A stretch of DNA of 64,000 nucleotides from assembly GCF_009914755.1 (NCBI RefSeq), contig NC_060936.1. The stretch is one strand, 5' to 3'. The translations under genes and the position numbers were made by a program. Below the pieces are notes generated by a model, which had not been told where the DNA came from, did no database searches, and was given only the letters and a program-made list of their open reading frames with translations. Shown here piece after piece: positions 45,360 to 58,503 of the stretch; the stretch's first letter is position 1, and each line of letters begins with the position of its first letter. Origin of the DNA: the human T2T-CHM13v2.0 reference genome, Homo sapiens.

Positions 45360-46650
45360 AAAGGTGACATCAGCAAAAAGTGGAATAAATAATTTCAAAA
45401 TTCTTCACCTACATAAAAGCAATGAGAAAAGTGAGAAAATAACCAGAATAACCTTTTTTAGAACTCTGGAAACCTGTCAAACTCGTGCAGCAATCCAGCA
45501 AGTATTTATTTATGAAAAATAGCTTAATATTATTAACAAGAGTGAGGTCTGTAGTATTTTAATTTGCATTTTTTCCCAGCTCCATGGTAGCCCTGAAAAC
45601 CAAAACCTCAGAAGCCACCAGAGGGGACAGAATGTGATTGCAGCTCCTTAAATGTCACATTCCCAGAAAATTGTCAGCATTTCATCTGTCTGACGGTTCC
45701 CTTGAAAACCACACTTATGTTTATTTGACTGAAATCTAAGCTTATCCAGTGGAAGGAGCTTTTTAGCTGAGGGAGTTTGTCCAAAACAATTAGAGGCAAT
45801 TGTTGAACTTTGTGGCTGCCTAAGTCAGTGGATAACATTTGGGGCAAACATTAATAAAACTTTTTTGTTTTCATTTTTAAGTTGAGAAATGAAATCCTCA
45901 TAGGAGTTTTTCTGTTTGTTTTTCCTTTTTTTTCCCTTTGCTTTTTTCTTAGAGAAGAGGAATTGATTTAATACAGTATATTTTGGGGCCAATATATCAT
46001 TCACTCAGACCACAGCCATAGGTACTTTCAAAAACTCCTGAATATCCTTATGAATCTGGAATACCTGTGTAAGGCTGTGCACATATACAGTGCTTAGCAC
46101 ATGCTCAGGAAAACCTGAGAAGGAACAAAGCTCCCACCTTTAGCTAAATCTGAGGATCTTTAAGCAGGAAGTGAAGACTAAGGCAGAGTTGCCAACTTCC
46201 CAGCTGACTTAGCCTCAACACACAAACAGTGTTCTTACACTAGAACTGAGAGGCTTATTGGGTTCAGACATTTAATTTTTTGCTGACCAATACACTAATG
46301 GAACAGAGACTTTGGTTAACAAAAAATTAAAAACAGACAAACACAAAATGCAGAATTAGTTTACAAAAGCCACCAAACAAACAACAACAAATCCTGGGAA
46401 GAGATGACAGTCTAATTTTGAGAAGTGCCACATTATATAATTTAAAATACTTCATTTTCAACACAAAGTATGAGAAATGCAAATAAGAAAGTGACATATA
46501 CACAGAAAATAAAAGTAATAAATATATAGCAAAAGACAACAAAAACATATACAAAGAAGGGCAGAGAGTTGAAAAAAAGCATAAGAGAAAAAATCCTGCA
46601 AATCTAAAGCCGCTTGTATTGACTAAAACATGAAAAATAACTATCATTTG
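45360..46650 (+). mobile_element. Old L1M (L1M4-like) 5' region
   Basis: GTGACATCAGCAAAA start; AACCTTTTTTAGAACTCTGGAAA; ACAACAAATCCTGGGAAGAG...TGCCACATTATA. Confidence 0.7.
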
Positions 46651-47255
46651 AAAGAAATATTCCTAAAATATATTGCAACAAAAGTTTATAAATAAAAATA
46701 ACTCACAAAGGTACATCATAAAATACAACCATGGAGGAGGCAGAAGTTGCAATAATACATCTCTTTTTGGCAAATTAAATTATCTCTTAACTAGTGTTTT
46801 TTTAATCTACTCTTCTTGGTTTTCAATCCATTCTGTATGCAGTAGATTCAATGATATCTAAAATACAAATATGATTATGTCTCATTATTTAAAATATAAA
46901 GAGAAGCTTCCCATTGTCTTTTGGATAATAAAGAATATCTTTAATCTTCATCTTAGGCTAGATCTGTATAACAAGTCCCTGGATATCAGTCGGATCTTGT
47001 CTTACAACACCCCTTGCATTTCACTGACATAGTTTTCTACATTTCTGAAAAGACTTTTCTCTTTTTACTGCTCAATACTTCCTTCATCTGCAAAGTCTGT
47101 AATTAATATAATTAATGTCTTCTCCGTCTCCCGCCACTCCCAACCCTTTGCCCCTCTAGGCCCTTTTTGAGCTCCATGTAAACAAAAGAACCATACTGTA
47201 CTGTTCATTACTTTTCATGCATGAATGACAAATTTTATAGCATGACATCTAAAAC

Positions 47256-47683
47256 TGTGAGAATGTGCCTTGCAGACCTCCAACAATAGCTTAATTGATG
47301 AAGAGTCATAACTGCTATGCTCTCCAATCTATCACATTTGTGCTGAGGCCACACTTCACACAGTGTTCCCAGGTGATATCTAAACATAACAGGTATACTA
47401 AGACAAGCCCTTCTCTGGGAGAAATAGAACTCTGGAAGCTGTTGGATTAATGACTACCTGACAAATCTTGCTGAAACTTCCTGCTTGGTTATGTGGGATG
47501 CCTCCACTCAATCTTCTTTCCCTCTCTCTATCACATGGGTCTCATTTCCATGGTCTGATGACTATCACAGCCTTTTCTGGCTTTCTTCACATATTTATTT
47601 TCATAGATATCTCCCCTAACAAAGTCCTTGCACATTTAATTTAATCTTGGTATTTGCCTCTCAGAGGACACAGACAAATATGC
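47256..47683 (+). mobile_element. LTR16A-like ERVL solo LTR
   Basis: TTTGTGCTGAGGCCACACTTC; CCCCTAACAAAGTCCTTGCACATTTAATTTAATCTTGGTATTTGCCTCTCAGAGGAC. Confidence 0.8.
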
Positions 47684-47904
47684 AACTGGTGTTGGAGCAC
47701 TGAGTATTTGCAAAGCACATATAATTTACCTTTTAAAAAGGATGGCTTTTCATGTTTGCTCTGCATTTTGTCTAAGATGTGGTACTTTGGATGCTTTGCA
47801 TTTGCTAATAATGACAAAATAATGGTGTATGCCTGCCAGGTTAGTCACTTTCTTCGAATCCAAAGGTCATACCAAATATTTCTATTACTGCTAAACTAGC
47901 ATTA

Positions 47905-48423
47905 TGTAATGGTTAATCTTATATGTCAACTTTAGTGGACCATGAGGTACCCAGATTAAACAGTTTCTGGGTCTTTCTGTGAGGATGTTTCCAGATGAGA
48001 TTAGCATTTGACTCAGGGGGCCCAGTAAAGCAGCAGATTGCCCTCCCCAATGTAGTTGGGCATCATCTAATCCATTGAAAGCTTGAATAGAACAAATGTC
48101 TGAGAAAGAAGGATTTTGCCCCTTTTTTTTTTCTGCCTCACTGGTTGGGCTGGATTATCTCATTTCACCTTCTTCTGCCTGCAGACTGGGACTCGTACCA
48201 CTGACTTCTCTGTTTTCAGAGCCTTTTGACTAGAATTAAAGAAACCACCAGTTCTCATAGGTCTTCAGCTTGCAGACTTCTCATGGTCATGGGACTTCTC
48301 AGGCTCCATAACTGTGTGGGCCAATTCGTCATTGTATAGCTTTTTCTTTTCTCTATATATAGTATATAAAGAGAAAATGATATCCCATTGGTTCTATTTA
48401 TCTGGAAAATCCTGACTAATATA
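47905..48423 (+). mobile_element. MLT2B-like ERVL LTR
   Basis: TGTAATGGTTAATCTTATATGTCAAC...CCCATTGGTTCTATTTATCTGGAAAATCCTGACTAATA; near-TSD CATTA/CATAA. Confidence 0.9.
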
Positions 48424-49570
48424 CATAACCATCTTTTTGTCAAATAAAGTCCCTTGGAAGTTTAAACAAAGCCAGAGATCTGCTCTCTTGACATCCTCTT
48501 TCTCCCAGCCTTCTTGCAAACCTCTAAGGGTTTCAGAGACATGGTGAGAAGGACGGTGATCTACTAAATATAAACTGTATTTTTCTAGAAAACCTCTAAA
48601 CAATTGTTCCATTTTTTTATCCTACAATCACCAATTAAGTTTAAAAATAGAAGAAAATTTGAAAAATTATATACTGTTATTCTCATAATAGAGACCTAAG
48701 TTTTTAGATTGTTGGATTCTTCCTGTGTTCCCCTGTAACCTTTAATTTTTGAAAAAACACAGGACATAAACATAATATTATTTTTATTTTGTTTTTTGCT
48801 AACAAGATTCTTTAGCCAATGTTATAGCTTGTGATATTTGAGTCTTAATCTTAATGCATCATTAGTTTCTTAAGAAGGCATTAGAAGTAGTAAGAAAGGA
48901 GGAAGAAACACTGCAAAAGTGAAACAACATTCTCATTCACAATTTGGGGCTCATTGAGCTTGGCGACAATCATTGAGCTAGGTGACAATCAGAGATTGTG
49001 TGGGCATTCTGCCATCAGCATGAGGAGGTCAATTCCTGAGTGAGTTCAGAGCCAGCCCCACTAGTAGTGTAGAATATGGAAGGTACATGATGTATGAGAG
49101 CCAGCATTAAGAATTGAAATTGAGAAAGCCTCTGATTTTATTCATGGCTGGATAAGATAGTAGTTATGTTGAGGATGAGAAGGTGGAGGGGTTGGATGAT
49201 TGAAGATTACAAAATGAGTTGATATAAATTCTCAAGAATTATCTACCAATTAGCACTGGTTTTTAACTATTATCTACCAAAGGTTGGGAAGAATTTGAGG
49301 AAAAAATGGAGCATTTTGAATCATAACTATGAGCTTGTGTATAATATTTATTTTAAAAAATCTCAAAGCAGTTGGTTGGACTCTATATGTGCTTCCTTGC
49401 TCATGCAGAATTAGCTTGTGGGATCATGGGACATGAACCTTTGGGACAAGTTCTGGAAATGATGAGATAGGTGAGAAAAGGGATGAAGGGTTTATATATG
49501 TGTTGTTATGTTCCAAAACCTCTGAGTTCTAGGACTCTTGTTGCTGAAAGTAAAAAAAGACAGAAAGAAT

Positions 49571-49660
49571 GGAAGGAAGGAAGGAAGGAAGGAAGGAAGG
49601 AAGGAAGGAAGGAAGGAAGGAAGGAGGAGGGAAGGAAGCAAGGGAGGGAGGGAGGAAGGA
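49571..49660 (+). repeat. (GGAA)13 microsatellite within a polypurine tract
   Basis: 13 uninterrupted GGAA units at 49571-49622, then GGAG/GGGA-rich tail. Confidence 0.97.
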
Positions 49661-51759
49661 AATTAGGAAAAAAGTAAATGTCTGTATCAAGTTTTGTGTG
49701 TATTACTTTTATTTTTCTAACAACTTCTAGCCAGAGATAAACTTGTTGCTCATTTGTACTTACAAGTAGGTTCTCAGGTTAGCAAGGATAATATTAGCAA
49801 GGTCAGGCAAAATGCAAAGAGCCGTGAAGAGAGTCCACAATAAGCTTTATGTGAACTCTAATTTGTGTCATGATTGATTCTGCAAAATATGTTATAGTTC
49901 ATACACAACTTTTTCTTACTGCTTTCCCCGGTTAAAAACTTAAGTTGCAACATCCTAACTCTGTCGTGAATGATACTATTTGCTTTAGTAGCATAATTCA
50001 GGAGCAGGTAGTCCTTCTAAATCCTATCCATTATTTTTCCATTAGTAAAATACCAAAGAGTCTAATTATAAGGTAGTCTTTTTAAAAATATGGTCTTATA
50101 GATGCTAAAAGCTTTGTTCAATAATATGTCTCTTAAGATGTTATAAGTAATCTAAATTCATCTGTGTGAAAGTAAAATTGTTATTTATTCACTTTACAAT
50201 CTCAAATACTATTTTATTAGGTTTATCTCTTTTCTTTCTAAGGATTAAGAATGTAATGTCATCAAGGTAATGAAAGTTTTCCATCCACATTTTAAACAAA
50301 AACACAAATGCCAAGTTTTATGAAATTGATTCCATTATGTAAATAAATAGTTTTTTAAAATATAAAATAATCATTACAAAGACTATCACTTTTCATTAAA
50401 AACTTAGTGTATAATTCCTTTAAAAATATACATTTTTCAAGGCATACAAAGCTAAGGTTGACCCCAGTTAAAAATAAATTCAAATGAGGAGAATTTCCGT
50501 ATTTTGGATGGAATCTGTGGTTAAAATTATGATAGCATCTTTGACTCAGCTTTAAAAATAATAATTATTAAAATCAAATTGTCACAGCTTTCTGTTTTGT
50601 TTGTAATTAGTGATAAATATTCTAATTCTCATAAGTAAGTTATGATGAAAATCAATTCTCTCATAGCTCCCACTCTCAGAAACTGGACTGGCTTGGATCA
50701 AACAGTACCAGCAATCTTTAAAACTTTTTTAATGTAACAGGGGGAGGAATAATTTTCTTTGTCCTCAATTCAATTTTGCCATCCTTACAAAGTGTGTCAC
50801 ATTGTTATTGGTTGCTTCAGGAAGAAAATAATTAATAATATTCATATTGATTGTAAGTTTATCAGAAAAGTTCCTTCAAAGAAATTCTGCAGTGTTTAAA
50901 TTTTTCTGTAAATTTCAGCCTTCCATGAAGCAGGAAAATCTTTGTCAGTCTCAATTGCAGCCTACAGAAATAATTCATATAATTTTGAAAATTTTGCATA
51001 GTTTGCTACCCATAATCTTATCTTTCAAAGTGAGAGCTCAGCAAAAATAGGCCCTATTTTCAAGACCATCTATTATGATTATGGCAAGGCTTTGATTGAA
51101 TCATATAGGTTAAAACCCAGGTAAGCCTGTTACTGAATGAACACTTTTCTATTTCTAAAAGTGAATTTTTTCTCAAAAAAGCAAAAATTCTTCCCAAAGT
51201 TCCAACTTGTGGTTCCATATTACTGATATGTTAATAACTTTTAATACAACTACATGACATATCCTACCCCCATCTCTTTATAAAATATGTGAAAGAGTAC
51301 CCACTTGAGACCTTGCCTCTCTCTCAAAGAGTTGATAACTGTCATGTCAAAAAAACAAATTTCTAAGAATTACTGGATAAGTCTTCTGCAACAATGACAG
51401 TTCAAGTGGAAATAACATGTCCTGGAGAAAGGTACCCTTTTGTTATAGTAATTCGGATGCATCGCCAAGTTTCATGGATGCTCCAACTGTGGATAGGGGT
51501 AGGACTTTATTTCTTATGTTAGATATTTTGCTAAATAAAGAAAATGTTCTTAATTTTAAAGGTAGCATTGGCCTTTGCAGTTTTTCAAATGAACACACAA
51601 ACTATTTTTCATACCATTACTGTATACACAAAGAAGTACCAGGAATTGCTAGTATTTAAAGTGTCATTACCTTAATATAGATGAACAAATATTAGAAGAT
51701 CTTTAGGGAAAGACATTATTTGTCAAAAAATTAAAAGAATATTTAAAAAGCTACAAACT

Positions 51760-52067
51760 ATTTAAAAGAAGACAGGCAATCCAATAGAAAAAAAAGTTGA
51801 ATAGATATTTCATGTAAAATGATATCCTAAGAGCCAATAATCATTAAACATTAAAAAATTGCTCCACTCAAATAGTCATTGGTGACACCACTACACATAT
51901 GCCCCCTAAATTGCTAAAATTAAAGAGATTGACAATAACAAGTTCTAATAAGAATGCAGATCAACTGGAACTGAAATACACATATATTGATGACGGGAAA
52001 TTAGAGCTGTAATCTTTTTGGAACACTACGTATTATATATTAAATGTGAACACATGCATATGCTCTG

Positions 52068-52102
<35 letters not shown>

Positions 52103-52215
52103 TATATAATACACACCCGACAGAATTGTGTGCATATGTGCTTCAAAGCACAGGAATGTTCAAAAATGTTTATGACATCATTGTTTTGAATAGCCTCAAA
52201 TTAGAGACAGCCTAT
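51760..52215 (+). mobile_element. L1ME-like 3' ORF2/UTR remnant with (CA)n at ~52069-52097
   Basis: TTGAATAGATATTTCA; TGACAATAACAAGTTCTAATAAGAATGCAGATCAACTGGAACT. Confidence 0.65.
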
Positions 52216-52220
52216 ATATC

Positions 52221-52402
52221 TGTCTTAGTCTGCTCAGGCTGCCATAAAAAACACCATAGACTGAATGGTTTAAACAACAAAAATTTATTTTTTTACATTT
52301 CTGGAGGCTGGAATATTCAAATGAAGGTTCCAGAAGGATTCAGTCTCTGACTCTCTTGGCTCGCAGACTGCTGCCTTTTTGCTATGTCCTCACATTGGAG
52401 AG

Positions 52403-52437
<35 letters not shown>

Positions 52438-52594
52438 GAGAAAAAATCTCTCTTTCTGTTCTTCTAAGGCCACAGTCCTATTAGATTAGAACCCTGCATT
52501 TATCTTCATTATTAAATGACCCTTCAGATAAAATCACATTAGGGATTAATGCTTCAGCATAGGCATTTTGAGCACACCGATTCAATCCATACCA
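52221..52594 (-). mobile_element. MLT1A0-like MaLR LTR with internal (CA)n
   Basis: TGTCTTAGTCTGCTCAGGCTGCCATAA...CTGGAGGCTGGAA...ATTCAATCCATACCA. Confidence 0.88.
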
Positions 52595-54139
52595 TTCTTT
52601 ATGTCTAAATAGTCAGTTTCTTTAGAAAAACTAAATATTTTTCACACACCTATACACAGAACACACACACTTAAATTCTATTAGGTTATGGCACTAATGA
52701 TTTTATATTATCTGTCTCTTAAATAATAACATTTCTGATTACCCAAAATGTGTTTGAAATGAAATAATACTTTAATTATCTAATTTAGCAAAATAATACA
52801 TACTCTCCATAGAGACAGTTTCAACATGACAAGGAGATTGAAAAATAATATAATCATTTTATCAGAATAACATATTTAAACCTATTCTTGGTTCCAAATT
52901 TTAAGCTGATTCTTTCCTTTCTGGTCCTGTAACTTATTTTGTGTTAGGATCCTATTTCTATGATGCTTTCTACCCATAATTGCTTTCTCATGTTTGGTTG
53001 AACATTGATTGAGTTTTATCTTCCCTTTTAAAATGACCTTATTTCTCTGATAATCTCTGTGCTTAAAAGATTGTTCTGGGCATCTGGCATATTTGTGTTG
53101 ATGTTTAATTCTATACTAGTGGAGGCATACTGCAGACCAAGATTCTGTAAACACAAGGTAAGTGTCCATAAAGTGAGGTCATGAATTGACAGAGTTAGGC
53201 AAAATAAGTGAGTTGTTAGAGCAAAGATTGAACTCTGTATCTCTTTTCTTAATTTAATATATCCTATGCTCAAGGTGGAAATTTAACAGCACTGTTATAT
53301 TTTTTTGTTTGTTATATATAGAATAGGTACATGATGTATGGCTGCTTGGTTATACGTATAAGTAGACCCTGTTGGGCTTTTTTCTTTATAATATTTTTCT
53401 ACCTTGAAATATCCCATAGTTTCCTTTAAATATGTCTGAAGATAACATAAAATCAAAGTAGTCCAGACAATTGGAACAAAGAGATAAACGTGCATAGCTC
53501 AAAAGCAGTGTCAAATATATCCTTAAACATATTTCACCAGTATCTGTTACTGCCTGTTTTGCGCAGTTCATTGTTCAAGCACTAGAAATGTCTTCCTACA
53601 GGTGTAGAAGTTGAAGTTTTTTGGGCAATTGAACACTGCATTTTCACAGCAAGTTGACATCAAATTCTTTAACTTAGGTCTGTGTTTTGTAATATGGTAC
53701 ATGAGGAACATTTACTGTTCAATAGCCCTCAAAACTTTTACTTCCTTTTGGATAGAAAGCCATAATGCAAAAATGTCAGTAAGACCTGACACCAGTCCCA
53801 GAGTCCCCTGTATAAATAGTGTTTGCAACTGTGCAGCAGAAATAGTAAACATCATGTTCCATGCAGGTAAGCAGGTGAAACATAGATGGCAAGGAAAGTG
53901 TCTCCTTCTTTGAAGATCTAAAACATGGACATTAAAGTTGTTATTGTGGATTTGGAGTTTTCGAGAATAATCTTTTCTTTCTGAAGAACAGAGCTATTGT
54001 TAGCTTCCTGAAGAGACAAAAAAAACCTCGAGATGATTCATGGATAAGAGAGGAAATATGAATCAATGCTGAATCATTATCAAGCTTCAAATCATCATCT
54101 TCTCCAAATGTACACGTCACCCTTTACTCCCTCGTTCCT

Positions 54140-55180
54140 TCCTAACAAATCATGACTGCCTTCTTCTACCTTAGACAATGAGTACTCATCTTCACTCTCA
54201 TCCATGCCAAAAAGGAAAGTGAAACTGTTCTTCTGAGATACACTCCTCTCCCTCATCATTCATATTGTTTGTCTTAGTTACTCTAATTCTGATGTGTTTC
54301 AAATATCTTCTCCTCTCTACAATCCATCATCAGCGCCATCAATGAGACATTCCTCATCTCTCACCTGGACCACCAGAATATATATGATAGCTGGTCTTTA
54401 TAACAGCTTTTTAGGTTTGCTTCTCTTCAGAAAATCTATAATGCTACCATTAAGGTCCTATTTCTTAAATGCATTTTTTAAAGTTAATATTACTGAATTG
54501 TTTAAATGCACCAATGACATTTTATTGTTTAAGATAAAGCCTGAGCTTACATTCACAGTGTACATGTTTGTTCATGATTTTATATGATATCAAAGGCCTA
54601 CTTCTGTTTCCTCACACCTGGCTTTGGATTCTAATTATCATTAGCTTCATGTTATTTCCTGATCATAACATACTTCTAAACTTATGAAGAATCTGTCCAG
54701 GGTCTGCAATATTAGATTAGGTTTTAGCTTCAAGAAACAGAAACTATTCTAGCTATTTTAAAGAGATATAATGCAGAAATATAGTAAGTGTTTACACAAT
54801 CACTGGCAGTGTCAAATAAGGCTTTAGGTCATGCTTCACTACTGTCCTTTTCTTTTCCTGGAATGTACTCCTCTATTCACTTGATACACTCATGTTATCT
54901 TTCAAAAGTCATCCCAAGTATCAGTCATCTGACACCTGCCCTGACTTCCTCATAACTGCTTGTACACACCTTCTCAGTACCTATTGCACTTTTTGATAAT
55001 TTCCACACTAAATTATTGCATATTTATTTCAGACCAAATTATTTTATATTTGTTTCCCACATTCAGAATATAGCTCCCACACTCAGAATATAGCTTAAAT
55101 TTTATTCTCTTTGAGCATGCATACTATTGTTTTTCAACTACACACATAATATACCTTTGGCATGAATGAATGCCTAAATG
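54140..55180 (+). mobile_element. L2 fragments, with a short MLT1-like piece near 54700-54830
   Basis: CATCTCTCACCTGGACCAC; TTTCCTGGAATGTACTC; terminal ATGAATGAATG. Confidence 0.6.
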
Positions 55181-55549
55181 AAAATAGAATTAATTAAATG
55201 TGTTAAATGTGTATTGAGGCAACCATCAAATAAGTATGTGGCACAATCCAAAGTCAATAGCCATTGGCTGTTTTTTTAAATAAGAAATGCATTGTAAAAA
55301 ATAGAATCCATAGTTTATAAGCTTACAACTTGAATTTTTTTAAATGTGAGATATACTATTTATTAATCATGCACAAAAACAAAGACTATGACATTTGAGT
55401 GGTGAAAAAGTATTTAGTCAAAAAATTTGAATGTTACCTATGTATAAGTCTAATCTATAAGACTTCATAATGATCAAACCTTGAAAAATAAAACATACTA
55501 AATGGTATGCTTCTTGAGAAATATCACTACTTGTTCTTTATTTGCCCTG

Positions 55550-57811
55550 TGTATTAGTCTTCATGCTGCTGATAAAGACATACCTGAGACAGAGTAATTT
55601 AAAAAAAAACAAAACTAAAAGTTTAATGGACTCCCAGTTCTATGTCGCTGGGGAGGCCTCACAATCAAGGCAGAAGGCAAAAGACATGTCTTACATAGCA
55701 CCAGACAAGAGAGAAAGAGAGCCAAGTGAAAGGGGTTTCCTCTATAAAACTATCAGATCTCATGAGACTTATTTACCACCATGAGAACACTATGGGGAAA
55801 ACTCCTTCCATGATTCAATTGTCTCCCACCAGGTCCCTCTCACAACATGTGAGAATAGTGGCAGCTACAATTCAAGCTGGGATTTGGATGGGGACACAGA
55901 CAAGACATATCATTTTGCCCCTGGCCCCTCCCAAATTTCGTATCTTTACATTTCAAAACCAATCATGCCTTCCCAACAGTCCCCCCAAAGTCTTAACTCA
56001 TTTCAGCATTAATGCAAAAGTCCACAGTCCAAAGCCTCATCTGAGACAAGGCAAGTCTCTTCCACCTATGAGCCTGTAAAATCAAAAGCAAGTTAGCTAC
56101 CTGGAAGATACAATGGTAGTACAGGCATTAGGTAGATACACCTGCTCCAAATGGGAGAAATTGGCCAAAATGAAGGGACTACAGGCCCCATGCAAGTCCA
56201 TAATATAGTGGGGCAGTCAAATCTTAAGGCTGCAAAATGATCCCCTTTGACTCTGTGTCTCATATCCAGGGCATGCTGATGCAAGAGGTGGGTTCCCATG
56301 GTATTGGGCAGCTTTGCTCCTTTGGGTTGGCAGGTTGCAGCCTCCCTCCTGGCCACTTTCATGGGCTGGCATTGAGTGTCTACAACTTTTCCAGGTGCAC
56401 AGTGCAAGCTGTCAGTGAAGCTACCATTCTGGATTCTGGAGGACAGTGGCCCTTTTCTCTCAGCTCCACTAGGCCATGCCCCAGTAGGGACTCTGTGTGG
56501 GGGCTCCAACCCCACATTTCCCTTCTGCACTGCCCTAGCAGACATTCTCCATAAGGGCCCTGCCCCTGCAGCAAATTTTGCCTGGACATTCAGACATTTT
56601 CATACATCCTCTGAAATATAGGCAAAGGTTCCCAAACCTCAATTTTTGACTTCTGTGCACTCACAGGCTCAACACCATGTGGAAGCTGCCAAGGTTTGGG
56701 GCTTGCCCCCTCTGAGACCATGGTTTGAGCCCTTTGAGCCATGGTTAGAGTGGCTGGACACCATAGGCTGCTCACAGCAGGCAGCCCCGGGTCTGGCCCA
56801 CAAAACCATTTTTTCCTCCTAGGCCTCTGGGCCTGTGATGGAAAAGCCTGCCACAAAGGTCTCTGCCATGCTCTGGAGACATTTTCCCTATTGTCTTGGA
56901 AATTAACTTTGGGCACCTCATTACTTATGCAAGTATCTGCATATGGCTTGAATTTCTCTTCAGAAAATGGGATTTTCTTTTCTATCACATTGTCAGGCTG
57001 CAAATTTTCTGAACTTTATGCTCTGCATCCCTTATAAATCTGAATGTTTTTAACAGCACTCAAGTCACCTCTTGAATGCTTTGTTGCTTAGAATTTTCTT
57101 CTGCAGATACCCTAAATCATCTCTCTCAAGGTCAAAGTTCCACAAATCTCTAGGGCAGGGGCAAAATGCTACTAGTCTCTTTGCTGAAACATAACAAGAG
57201 TCACCTTTGCTCCAGTTCTCAACAAGTTCCTCATCTCCATCTGAGACCAACTCAGCCTAGTTCATTGTCCATACCATCAGCATTTTGGTTAAAGTCATTC
57301 AACAATTCTCTAGGGCGTTCCAAACTGTACATTTTCCTGTCTTCTGAGCCCTCCAAACTGTTCCAACCTCTGTCTGTTACCCAGTTCCCCAGTCACTTTC
57401 CCAATTTTGGGTATCTTTTAAGCAGCGCCCCAGTCTACTGGTACCAGTTTACTGTATTAGTCCATTTTCACACTGCTGATAAAGACGTACCAGAAACTGG
57501 GTAATTTTATATATTAAAAAAATTTAATGGACTCACAGCTCCATGGCTGGAGAGGCTTCACAATCAAGGCAGATGATGAAAGGCATGTCTTTCATGGTGC
57601 CGGACAAGAGAGAATGAGAGCCAAGTAAAAGGGCTTCCCCCTTATTAAACCATCAGATCTCGTGAGACTTATTCACTATCATGAGAACTGTATGGGGAAA
57701 CTGCTCTGATGATTCAATTATATCCAGCTGGGTCCCTTCCATAACAAGTAGGAATTGTGGCAGCTACAACTCAAGATGAGATTTGGGTGAGGACACAGCC
57801 AAACCATATCA
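55550..57811 (-). mobile_element. Complete THE1C-like MaLR provirus (LTR 55550-55912, internal 55913-57452, LTR 57453-57811)
   Basis: Two ~360-bp LTRs TGTATTAGTC...CATATCA; ~1.54-kb THE1-int; polypurine tract at 55913-55929; perfect TSD CCCTG at 55545-55549 and 57812-57816. Confidence 0.96.
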
Positions 57812-58141
57812 CCCTGCATATTTAATACTATACCTGACACCCATTAAACCCTAAATACCTAACCTTTGAATAAATTAATAAAAAGTATAAATTATTAAGA
57901 ACTGTAATGGAACAATGTTCAATGACCAGTTAAAGACATTGATTTTTTTAAACACTATTGCTGGGTTTGGTTCTTTTTAAAATTTATTTTGTCTATTTTA
58001 ATTTTATTTTTATTTCACTAGGCAGTATGTTTGAGGCCATTCCTTATTATACTAATATTTATTAATCTAGTAGAGCACTATTTATCAATTTGTAAAATAA
58101 AATTCAGTCAAAGATTTTAGAGGCCATATTGATATTTTCAG

Positions 58142-58503
58142 AGTATCTTAGCTTGAGCTACTATAACAAATTACCATAAGCTGGGTGATTTATACAATAA
58201 ACTTTTATTTCTCACAGTTATGGAGGCTGTAATGTTTAAGGTCAGGGTGCCCACCAATTCACTTCTGGGGAGGGCACTCTTCCTGCATTGTAGATGGCTG
58301 TCTTTTTGTAGTCTCACATGGTGGAAAGAGAGAGAGAAATCATCTCTCTGATATCTCTTTGTAAAAGGGCACCAATTCCATTAATGAGGGCTCGACTTTC
58401 ATGACCTAATTAACTCCCAAAGTCCTCTCCCTCCAAATATCAACACATTGGGGATTTATACTCTTGCATATGAATTTTGGGGGTACACATTCAATCCATA
58501 GCA
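58142..58503 (-). mobile_element. MLT1A/MSTD-like MaLR LTR
   Basis: CTATAACAAATTACCATAAGCTGGGTG...AAGGGCACCAATTCCATTAATGAGGG...CATTCAATCCATAGCA. Confidence 0.85.

Noticed and set aside
49471-49677. 68-aa ORF with GRKE repeats
   Set aside because: Translation of the (GGAA)n microsatellite.
55542-57504. Cluster of overlapping 60-150 aa ORFs
   Set aside because: All fall in THE1 LTR/internal sequence, a decayed gag-like region of higher GC; not host genes.
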